A DNA stretch of 64,000 nucleotides, from the NCBI GenBank assembly GCA_027923505.1, contig BROI01000009.1:434001-498000 (forward strand), read 5' to 3'. The DNA is from Mayamaea pseudoterrestris. Its lineage: Eukaryota. Below the pieces are notes generated by a model. That model worked only from the letters and a program-made list of their open reading frames with translations, searched no databases and was not told the DNA's origin. Made by a program: the position numbers and the translations under genes. Shown piece after piece: positions 12,901-23,374 of this stretch. The stretch's first letter is position 1; every line of letters starts with the position of its first letter.

Positions 12901-14570
12901 TGCTGCAACGCCACTCGACCAGAGTACCTTTATCTATCAAAACTCGCTCTGCCTCAAGGAAACTACATTGTACTCATTCAATGTTACGGAAGAGTAGCTC
13001 AACTTAGCAGTCATCTGGATCGCAAGCGAGGATCATTTGTTGTTGATCGCACTCAATGATTGAGCAACACGTGTCACCTCCCTTCGCCCGACGGTTAACT
13101 TGCGCTTGTCGCGGTCCAAGACAAAAGCGCGCAGAGGTCAATCTGTTGGCAGTTTCATCCCTCGGTCTAAGCGGGTTAAATAAGACGAGGGGTCCGAGTC
13201 AAACAAGTGATCTGAGATTGCAAGCATCCCCTCCTCCTCAACCTCATCGAGTGTCTTCCATGACTCCGCTCGCTCCAGCTGAAAATGAACAGGCGGCGGA
13301 TTGATGTCATTATTGAAAAAAGAATCACTATCCATATGAGAAATCAATGATTTTTGAGATTCGGACTTTGTCGACAGCCAGGAAAGCGGGAAACTCGTCA
13401 TCGTCAACTTCCTCTCCATGATCGGTATTCTGTTAGCTGCAACATGCGTAAGATTCAGCTTCCGCCTACGCCACATAAGCAGCAAAGAGATTCGGTAGTC
13501 CATCAGGGGCTGGAGGAACAACAGTGAGCATCATCGCGCTGCCTGCTCCGATTTCAACAGGTGTCTATTCGCTGGCAACTGCGAGTGGTCCACGTCAGCC
13601 TCATTCAAGTAAGCTGCGACAAAGTAAGAGCAGCGTCATCCTTTATAGCCCATCAGCTCACGCAAAGTTGTTGCGAATCGTTGGAATGGGTCCTATTCAT
13701 TTACTTCGCATTATGCACATTGACAAGTGAAACCCAACAACCCAGCGAGCAAGATTGATTCATGTACAATCATTTGGTCGTTTCGGCTCCGCCGTGTCAA
13801 ATCCTCATTTCCTGGTGAACTTGCAAGCCTTCTACTACCTCCATTGATACTTGCCAACTGGACCTAATCGGAACGTAACTCGCGACTAGTTTCAAGATAA
13901 AACAATTGTTGCTCCGCTGCGCAAAATGCTTTCGCTGAATAAGATGCACTGGGAACTGATTAAGTTGTGTCAACATCAAGCTCAATGAAACATCATTGCC
14001 GCCACCAATAGTTATTTTCGTTCAAGTCTCTAACTGGCTCAATTACTGCGTGCTGGGTTGCTGGGACACACGTTTCTTCACCCCAGTTCCGTCCGGTCGG
14101 AACTGTGCAAGAATGGCTGTCGCTTGCGCATATATTTGATGGATGATGGTCGGTAACCGAATGCAGTAAATCATTAATGTTGCTAATAGTTTTGGCCATT
14201 ATAAACGGAAAGTCGTTATAAGGTCTCCGTCAACTCGAACTCGAGCGAACCAACAGCTGCACGGGTCGCACGTCGCAGCAGGCCCGATTTTTGCACATAA
14301 TAGTCCTGGCAAGTTCAGTGTCTCGTTAGCGGCAATGCGGATTATGTCAATGTTTCTTCGTATGTGTTGGCTGTGTATGGACCACGTCGTCCAGCGATTG
14401 ATCACGCTTGTCCATGACTTTGTCCGTCCAAGTTTGCTTGCCGCGTGTGCCGGGTACGGTAGGACCATACACAGCTGCGAGCATCCAGCAATTATGAAAT
14501 GGTAATCGTTTGGGAGCAACGAGAGGATGCTACCGGCAGCAGCATAAACAAACTGCACCTCGCTGCCCAT
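10000..14570 (-). pseudogene. Large decayed ORF region, possibly a transposon relic
   Basis: Chain of minus-strand protein-like fragments interrupted by stops (14199-14570, 13797-13985, 11618-11857, 10912-11403). The segment WQHLVREKGHLKG...ALVTICCNS loosely resembles an integrase-type H-H-C-C zinc-binding motif. Confidence 0.25.
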
Positions 14571-14781
14571 ATCTTCTTAGTTGCTGTCGGCTGCGGTGTC
14601 GGAATCTCCTATTTAGATAGTGACGTAGTGACGAGAAGCCTGCTGTAGACATGACAGGCACATACCGGTAAACTGTCATGGTATAGAGTGCAAGGTAAAA
14701 ATGATGGAATGGTCAACATCTTATCAGGGTATGGAATTGCAATCGTATGGACCGATGATGTCCATCACCTCGCGATCCAAC

Positions 14782-15066
14782 GAAAACTGCGTGTGCGGCA
14801 ATCGTACGAAATGTTAACCAGTGAAAAATACGTCACAAAGGCAATAATACAAAACAAGGGTCATTGAAAACTGCGTCAATTGGCTATAGTGCGAAACGAG
14901 TGCCAGTGATAAGTACGTCGTAAGGCAATATTACAAAACAAGTGTCAGTGAAAACTGCGGCACAAGGCAATAGTCTGAAACGGATGCCAGTGAAAACTTT
15001 GTCATAAAACAATAGTATGAAACGAGTGCCCGTGAAAACTGCGTCACAAGGCAATAGTAAGAAACC
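14782..15066 (+). repeat. 42-bp tandem minisatellite, ~7 degenerate units
   Basis: Consensus ~GAAAACTGCGTCACAAGGCAATAGTAYGAAACRAGTGCCAGT. Units start at 14782, 14823, 14866, 14908, 14950, 14992 and 15034. Confidence 0.9.
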
Positions 15067-15748
15067 TTTTCCAATTTGTATGTTGCCCCATCATCATCAG
15101 TGAGATCGCATGATGATCCGCAGCGTGGATGTAGATCCGCAACCGGCGGCTTACATCAAAGCTATGAGCTACTCGTACTGGTACGGTTGGAGGCGCATTG
15201 TGTTCCTCTCAATGACGCTGGAAGCTTTGGATACTTTGATAACGATCGGAGCGGCATGAAGTAACCGTTTATTAAAACCAATACGCAAAATTCGAGTCGT
15301 CTGCGTCAGGCCAGTCGACAGTCGGCTGTCGACGGACTTGCATCTTGCATGGACTGCTCAAAGTGAATACTTGAACGCAAAGATGATGTTTGGAGTATAG
15401 ATGAACCATCGAGATTTGAGACTTCTTGCGCATACCACAGAATGAAACTAGCAACTTTGACATGCAAACATGCAGACGGAGACGGTGTGGATTCGATACT
15501 CGACGCGTGGCAGTCGACAGTCGACGATTCTTCATGAAGTAGCGTGCTCACGACCGATACAATAAAATTGTCAACATTCTTGGTCGGCAGATTTGTCGAC
15601 AAGGTGCAAGATCTAGCGTACGACCATTGTTGACACAGTAAGCAAAGCCAAAGCATAATGACATGACTTGCAAGTTACTAATCATTACATAGCGATCCTA
15701 ATTGTTCAATTTAATGACTCACAAGCATAGTCACGTAATAATTCTTTT

Positions 15749-17508
15749 CTATTTGTATACTCGTGGAATGCTATCCAATTCTCCTGGACTTGAGCGAACA
15801 CGCAGCGGAAGATGCTCGCCCGAATCGCCCAGACGAGGCAAGTGTAAATACGCATCCACTCCATGGCCTTCAAGCGACTTCAAGTTCAATTCTCCCCCAA
15901 AATAGCGAGCGTATATGCGAGCAAGGGGCAAGCCAAATCCTCGAATATGCGCGCCGGCAACTTCCTCTGTTCCACCCGATGCCGACGAAAGTGTCACCAC
16001 GACATCTTCGACTGCATCAGTCGAATGTCCAAACTTCCAAATCTTGCCCATGAGTGCTGCGATCAATGAACGAAAGTAAGGATACGCACCGGTGAGTGAG
16101 ACATGCTCTCATTGCCGTCAAATCACTCTACAACAACGACGACACACTATTACGTACACCTCGGGACGCCTCCACCCTTGTCGCAGACCTTGATTGTAAT
16201 GTCTTCCTTGCCCATGACCAGCACGACACGAATGGGAGGTAACATGGGAGCGACTGGATCCCCTAGTCGTTCGTGTCCGCCACTGCTGCTTACCCCATTG
16301 TCTGTTTGGACGAGACAATTCTGCAAGGTGCCTCGTCCATGCGTGCGAACCGTCGCCCGACAAGAATTCATGAGCAGCTCCGCCAACATGTAGTGCAAAT
16401 GATGGGGCACGTAGGTGAATCCAGTGTTGTGCGCCTTTGGTTTTGTAACATGGCGTGACTGCTGCTGCTGCTGCTTTGGTTGAATGCAGTCGACAATGTG
16501 TATGTCCGGGCAGCAACCAAATGCTTGCAGTGTTTGCGCCCTGACTAGCCCCGCCACCTTGCGTGTTTCCTCAACAACATCCACATTGCTTTGAATGCAA
16601 CCAGATATGACTGCTACTCTTGCGTCTTGCTGAGTTGATGCGTTGACGGCCATATTGGACGTCGTAAAAGGGGCCGAAACGCTTTGCGAAAATACGCGCG
16701 AAAGCGATTTGCGATACTCATTTCCACTTCTCGTGGAGGAGACGACATGATGCTCAATCAGGAATCGAAGTCCAACACGCGCCGTAAAGAATCTATAAAG
16801 CGCTTCCTCCAAAATGTCTTGTCGCTCCTGCAAGTCAAGATGATTGTTGCCATGTCCATGCGTTGCCGCCGCTGTCCATTCGCCAACGCCTCGCGCAATT
16901 TGAGTGGGAATCGTTGATCTATCAAGTACAAATGACTGCAGTAGCTGCGTAAATGCATCCTCCTGCGCTGGCGTCTTTGGCGGAGCCATTTCTTGCAGCT
17001 GTTTGATGTATTGGAGATACAAGCGAGCAACTTGGCGGATGGATTCCGCATCCGCCAAGCCCAGCGGGAGGGTCATTAGGTCAACTGCCCGCTGCGCAAG
17101 TCTAATCGCTAGTTCCTTGTGCAGAAATTGAGCATTGTAAAGGCGCTGATCCTGAGATACACTGGAAGCGTACTTGAACATGTCCGCCAAGGAGAGGGGC
17201 GTCGGAGTCTGTGACGCGAGTGCGTGTAACGCGTCTGGGTCCATGTCAAGCTGTTTCAGCACGTCCAAGGGGTACCGAGACTGCGACGAATTGAGGTTAC
17301 TGCTGCTGGCCTCTTGAGCTGCCGCATGCTGTAGAATGGGTTTTACATCAATCGCTGCGGCGCCATGATCTCGTCTCGAATGACAGGATGGAGACCGAAC
17401 AGCTGATGCGATGATTGGCTTCAAGGAAACGGATCGAGATCGACATTGACAGCCGCATGCAGCACCAGGGCTTCGAATTGATACTCCCAGTCGCCAGAGA
17501 CAATTCAT
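15749..17508 (-). CDS. PDK: Mitochondrial pyruvate dehydrogenase kinase (PDK/BCKDK family); exons 17508-16158 and 16056-15749
   Basis: TPLSLADM, NAQFLHKELAIRLAQR, RFFTARVGLRFLIEHH, YVPHHLHYMLAELLMNSCRAT, IKVCDKGGGVPR|SLMGKIWKF and GFGLPLARIYARYFGG motifs. Intron 16057-16157 restores the frame. Start codon could alternatively be 17535. Confidence 0.92.
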
Positions 17509-17859
17509 TTTACTTTTCGTAACTCGGCAAGCCATATTGGGATGCGTTACTCGCGTCGGCTTTGTGACACCATTGTCGTCGTCGATGGTTATCGAACATT
17601 GCGCGACGTAAGCTGTCTGTCGGAGCGGCAATGAAAATTGGGGTTTCAGCGTTCTCGACTGTGATGTGAGGTGTACCACCAAGAATCAGAGTTTTTGCAC
17701 TGTAATCTATCAATTTTTGGCACTGTGGGCCAGAGTGTGCGGCTTATCATTGTAGTGATTGGATCGACGCAACCTTTCCCACTGTTTTCCTCGCTCCTCG
17801 GCTACAGTCCTTTTGATCCCGGGCGACTCATCATGATACATTGTTGCTGTCAACGATTG

Positions 17860-19620
17860 ATGAAAACGTTTATAATGATGGCGATGGCAATGATACGACT
17901 CGACAGCGTGACGAGAGTTTCCGCGTCGACGGCTCAAGGGACATCGCCAATCGTTCCGACGGCGGCGACGACGACGTCTCGCAAAGCTAAGAAACATACT
18001 CTACAGCAACGTGCTACTCCTAGGACTGCCACTATAACTGATTCTTACAATTCCGATGCCTTTGGGCTGCTTGCACAAGCTCTTCATCCAATCATGCTGG
18101 AGCAGAATCAGCATCAACAAGACGCGTATGAGACCAAGCAGGTCGTTGACGCCTTTAATTCCATTAGTCGCGCCCAGCAGACACTCAAGACGTTGGATGG
18201 CATCTCGCATGAAGCGTACCAACGGACTCATTCAGCGTACCAAGTAGATGAAACTGTCAGAGGAAGAGCCAGACGATCGGCGGCGAGGGCGAGTGCTGCA
18301 GCAGACGCGCTCTTTGCATGCGAACTTTGCGCATTCATTGAAGCAACGGGCAGTCATGAAATGATTCCACCTACGACTGATGCAATTGCATCAATAAAAG
18401 CATGGACAGAGGCTATCATGGAGGGACGAAGACTACTTTATAATGACACGCTGACGATTGACGACGACGACAACAACCAATCACTCACGTTAAAAATACT
18501 CGTTTTGTACGAGCCGAATTACCGAGGAGGTGCAGAAGGTATTCAGGAAGCAGCGCCACAGCATGTCGTCCATGGTGGTCGAGTCTTGGTAATCTTGAGC
18601 GATTCAGCGGCGGATAACCTACAGCAAACTCTTCAATATTTACATAAAGAACCTATTGGAGTCCCAATATCGAAGCCAGCTGCAAGAGTAATTGGAAAAA
18701 ACGAAGAGGAACAGGTAGCACTCCTTCATCCGCTTGTCTATCGAGGTGCTGGACAGGTAGCGGAGTGTCTTGGCCGTTTGCTTCACGAAGTATTACCAGA
18801 CGGCCCATTAAAAGATACGGCTATTCACTTTGTTGGTCGATCCTTGGCTGGCGGGGTCGCAAGTATCGCAGCCATCATTTTCGACGGTGGACTTCCCATG
18901 CCTGCATTAACCGTAAGACCGAAACGGAAGCGACGGAGCAAAACGACCGAGCTGATTGACACAAACGGTGATGCACCACTGCAAACATTGAGCGGAATCG
19001 CTCGGCATAAAACATCGGCCATTGTCTTGGGCGGTCCACCCTGCGTTTCGGCAAATGTTCATACAGAATGCGTTACATCCATTCTATACGGAGACGACAT
19101 TGTTTGCCGCAGCACTAAGCAGTCCTTGGATAGGTTGGCCAAGCGAGTTAGCGCGACGTGTGCGCGGAGCAGCGGTGGATTGTTTGGCCGCCAACTCTCG
19201 CGCATGACAGATACGTTTTCGATAGCGGCAAGCTCGCTCAAAAAGCAACAGAACGCAGTAAAATTTAGCAGCCATGTTTTGAGCATTCCAGGTCGGGCGT
19301 TTCTGGTGCGGCCTCGTCGACTCGAGAATCACTGTTCCATGCATGAGGTCGGTCCCCTTGCAAAGCAGAAGCGAGAGACATTGCGAGCCGCCGTCTTGTG
19401 GCAACTGAATGATGTGTTACTTTCCAAGAGTCTTTGGAAACACCATGAGTTGGAGTCATACATTCATGGACTGGATAGAGTACAGCTACGAGGAGTTCAC
19501 AATCTCCATGATAGTGGCGGAGCTGACGAGGAACAAGTAGTCGAAGTGGAAAGTGAGGCGCAATCGATAGGAGAGCAGTATGACGACTTTGACGATAGTG
19601 GCGATGCAATGGGCGTCTAG
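17860..19620 (+). CDS. Class-3 lipase-like alpha/beta hydrolase
   Basis: Nucleophile elbow IHFVGRSLAGGVA, GGPPCV, DDIVCR and C-terminal HHELESY. Possible N-terminal targeting peptide from ATG 17860; the ORF is open from 17671. Confidence 0.75.
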   Translation: MKTFIMMAMAMIRLDSVTRVSASTAQGTSPIVPTAATTTSRKAKKHTLQQRATPRTATITDSYNSDAFGLLAQALHPIMLEQNQHQQDAYETKQVVDAFNSISRAQQTLKTLDGISHEAYQRTHSAYQVDETVRGRARRSAARASAAADALFACELCAFIEATGSHEMIPPTTDAIASIKAWTEAIMEGRRLLYNDTLTIDDDDNNQSLTLKILVLYEPNYRGGAEGIQEAAPQHVVHGGRVLVILSDSAADNLQQTLQYLHKEPIGVPISKPAARVIGKNEEEQVALLHPLVYRGAGQVAECLGRLLHEVLPDGPLKDTAIHFVGRSLAGGVASIAAIIFDGGLPMPALTVRPKRKRRSKTTELIDTNGDAPLQTLSGIARHKTSAIVLGGPPCVSANVHTECVTSILYGDDIVCRSTKQSLDRLAKRVSATCARSSGGLFGRQLSRMTDTFSIAASSLKKQQNAVKFSSHVLSIPGRAFLVRPRRLENHCSMHEVGPLAKQKRETLRAAVLWQLNDVLLSKSLWKHHELESYIHGLDRVQLRGVHNLHDSGGADEEQVVEVESEAQSIGEQYDDFDDSGDAMGV

Positions 19621-19764
19621 CGGGTAAAGGAGACGATGACGAATGAGATTACGGTGAGGAAGTTTGAATGAAATATGAAACGGCAGTCTAACTGCAGTGA
19701 AGAAAATTGCTACTGTGATAACCTTCATCTGGCCAAAGGGTTTGCTGTTTAATCATAAATCTGA

Positions 19765-19811
19765 AGTGCGTTTAGCCGGAGCAAGAGTGCATTTAGCCGG
19801 AGCAAGAGTGC
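19765..19811. repeat. 21-bp tandem duplication
   Basis: AGTGCGTTTAGCCGGAGCAAG followed by AGTGCATTTAGCCGGAGCAAG and AGTGC. Confidence 0.8.
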
Positions 19812-20939
19812 TGAAATGGTGAGCCAGGACCACTTGAATTGTTGTAAATTGACGAATAGCGGCATGTCCTATAGTAGAATAACTTTACGTAATTTATTCG
19901 GTTAAATCGCATGTCGTTAGTTCGTGAATCGACCATAGTGCGCAGCGTTAATAGTAAGCATTGTCAATCTGCTGCGCCAAGCACATGCACCGCAGCTAGC
20001 GATAACTTTTGCTCATGGCCTTTATTACCGATGCTTGTCGGTTCGTTTGTTTGATAAGCCTTATTGTCGGGCTCTCACCAGGCCAACCAGTGAAAGAAAT
20101 TTTGTTTACATAGCATTAGGTCGAATGGCATCGAGAAGGTCGTCGGTCGTAATTGCTTTAATGAGGAGTATTTTCAAGCAATCCATGTGCACATGTACGC
20201 AAACAGCGAGAACTTATATTTTATCCGCTTTGAAATACGCTACTGCTGAGTACGCGTATCATAGTACCCGGCTCGTACATGTGGGCAAACAAAATAGGCG
20301 ATATATCATTGCAGCAGTGACCAAAGACGAGCGTGTGTGTAGGTTTGATGTGCCTTGCTTTACAAGAACGGCCATTGTATGCTCATTATGTGTGTTCCGG
20401 CGACCTATCATGGCTATTGTAGCCGCAAATCATTGGTCGACGGAACGGCGCGGCAGACCGACGGCGCCGGTGGCGATAGAGAGGTCATGCAATGGAAAGC
20501 GCAGACCTTGAATTAAGAGTCTTGTCTTGCGGCGGCCAGAAATACAGTGTAAAACCCTGTCGTGACCAACCTGATGAGATGCTCGATGAATTCATTGCAT
20601 CCGAATCATTCTGTCGAGTCTGCGTCCCTAGGAAGGACTTGGCGAACTTCCTAAAACTTGACAGATCCAATTTGAGACTGGCGTAGTGCGCTTAAATGCA
20701 TCTTCGTTCTTAGTGAGCGGCACGTTGTAAATGTCAGCTTAGTTCACCAAGTAGTCGTTGCCGTCGCTGTAGATTGATATCTCGACCCATAGGTTGTCGC
20801 CCCAGTGAAACAGCAATACATAGCGTGAAAGCGCGCGGAAGTGTGACTACTGCTTGGACGGTCTGGTCTCTTTGACGCTGCAAGAGACGCTCGGTCAACA
20901 ATTATGTCAAATAGAGTACGCAATGTAACGGTAGTCACT

Positions 20940-21690
20940 AATGGAGCAGTCTATGCACCAGGAACCTTTGCCGCTTTTGTAGAAAGGATGTTATTTGTTG
21001 TTATCGAGCCATCCTGGTTGCAAGCGCACCGATTGCAGCCACCACTTTGGATAAGCCATATTGAAGCTGCAGAAATTCGTTTACAAAGCAAGCAACAAGC
21101 GAATGTACCACTATAAGCGCCAGGCACCGTTGCCGCTATATATAAAGGATAAGACGGGGTTGTTGATTGTTGTTGTTATTGAGTTCTCTCCTAGTTGCCA
21201 CCGAAAAGTCAAGGCGTTGCAAGGGGAGCAGTCTACCACAAAAGCCGCGGCAAGCAAATGCTCTATGGAACGGGTGTTGGTTGTGATATTAGAGCCATCC
21301 TGGTTGCAAGCGAATCCTCACGGTGCGGCAGTGGGAACAATATCCAACTCCAAGCTGCAGAATATTTGTTTAAAATCAAGCGGCAAGCAAATGGACCACT
21401 ATAGTGCCAGGAACCATTGTCACTATTACATAAAAGATTGGACGCGTGTCGATTATTATATTTGAGCCATCCTGGTTACAAGCGAAACGTCAAGGCGTTG
21501 CAATGGGAGCTGTGTACCACTCCAAGCTTCATACTTTTCGTGAAGCAAACAACAAGCAAATGGACTACTATAAATGCCAGCAACCCATGCCGCTCACATA
21601 AAAGGATGGAACATGTGTTGATTGTTATATGTGAGCCATCCTGGTTTCAAGCGAAACGTCAAGGCGTTGCAATGGGGCTGCGGAATCTAT
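20940..21690. repeat. Degenerate ~170-bp tandem repeat (4-5 units)
   Basis: GAGCCATCCTGGTTnCAAGCG core recurs at ~21006, 21292, 21463 and 21633 (degenerate copy at 21181). Shared CAAGCAAATGGACnACTATA and GTCAAGGCGTTGCAA blocks. Confidence 0.8.
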
Positions 21691-21699
21691 GATCGACAT

Positions 21700-23060
21700 C
21701 TTTGTTCGCTCCTTCGCCATTGCATTCACCGCAGCCGCCGCCTGCTCCAAGCGCTAATACAGTAGTTGGTCGCGTGCGTCTCTGGCAGGGCCGCAGCGGA
21801 AACGGCTCATCGGCCGGCATCCAACTCGACGCGCACAGCAAACATCTCCACTTGGCCATAATGGAGCTCGATGACGACGACAACGACTGTATCATTTTGA
21901 TTTGCCCGTACGGCACGTTAGTGAAGCGGATACGCCCTTGAGTGGATGCTACAGCCTGGGTGGTTCAAACTGTGTCATGCCGCTGCTCCTTGAACGAGGA
22001 GATAAAACAATACTCGAACATGATGTAGATTGCCGCTTTTGATTCATTCTTGCCATTGATCAAGACGTTGATGCGTTTCAAGCTGCGATTGGCCATGTTC
22101 ATTGTTTATTGTCATGTTGTTCCCGCAAAGCCTCCTTTGCCACCGCCTGCTCCTCCGGCGAATCCACTCGTGAATTCTGCTGTCACGTCGGTATCATCTC
22201 TTGCTCTTGCAGCTGCTGCTGCTGCACCTGTTCAGCAGCATCTCGCTTAGTAGCTTCTCGATCTGCAGCTTCTTCTGCTTGTCGTTGTCGTTCACGCTGT
22301 CGTTGCAAATACGCGACGCGAAGCTGCTTGTATTGTATACCATGCATGCGGTTCGCGCAGTGCGTCGCAGCATCGCTACTGATGTTGCCCATCCACCCAG
22401 AGTCGCACAGCAAGCAGCCACCCAACGCAGCGTCTTGGCGACATGATCGTAAATGCGCTCGGACTATGGAACCTGCTCCTGCTGATAGCTGATAGTCCAG
22501 TCGGGAGTGGAGAGGCGTCTGCTGCAGCCATGAGTTGAGGTAACGGCGGCGAGTCGTTCATAATAATGGCGGCGGCTGCGGCTGCGTCGTCTCGTCCTGC
22601 TGCTGCGTCTTGTCATGCTCGATCAATGATGGTAAATTTCACCTCTGTCGTCGTCGTTGCTGCTGCCTTATCTGTATTGCCTACGATATTCACGTCGCCG
22701 CCATGCTCCAAATGGTACGCCCGCATCAAGAATCCATATCGGTTGTTACGCTTTGCGATTTCATATGCTTCTGCAGTAGCGCTAAATCCAATATATGCAT
22801 TGGGCATAGTTGATATTAAAAGGTCGACGGTCGACGTCGACGACGAAACGACAACGTACGGAGCGTCGCTAGCCAAGGGACTTGCGGGCGGAGGAACCGA
22901 CAGCCAGAAGGAATAAACGAATGATGCGGCTGCGTCGTTGTGGTCATTGCCGCTCCAATTGTAATTCGACGGTGTACCAATAATGATATCACGAATCCTC
23001 GCTCCCTTCCATGGTCATGCATGCTATGCTGTGACCGTGACGGAACTTGATTACCGGTAC
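21700..23060 (-). pseudogene. Decayed U1/matrin-type zinc-finger protein
   Basis: CLLCDSGWMGNISSDAATHCANRMH (C-x2-C...H-x5-H) at ~22416-22340 followed by a coiled-coil, and a second WRCLLCASSWM at ~21850. Frames are broken by stops and shifts. Confidence 0.45.
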
Positions 23061-23374
23061 GAGGCGAATGTTCGAGCGCGCGCCATTCTGCCGCACGCAA
23101 TCTCTTGAGTACCGGTACGATACATGTGGAGTACTGTCTGGCGTCAGATGCGACTGATTTAGACGATCGTTGGGGACGGAACGCAATCTTTTTCCTCCGT
23201 CCTCGCCCCTCGCTGCGTGCTGCGTGTGACGGCGCATCACGCTAGTTGCATGGTAGAGACTCACCTTTAATCGCAACTGATTGTAGTAAAGCTGGCGTGG
23301 AATAGCCAGCGTTAGTTTGGCTCGCGTCGTAACAGCCCGTCTGCAAGCAATACATTCACAGCGGAATCGGAACC

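Noticed and set aside
14782..15066. CRISPR array interpretation of the regularly spaced repeats
   Set aside because: Units are contiguous and similar along their whole 42 bp with no unique spacers; there are no cas genes and the DNA is eukaryotic.
15306..15656. 116-aa minus-strand ORF downstream of PDK
   Set aside because: No motif or splice support; cannot distinguish it from a chance ORF.
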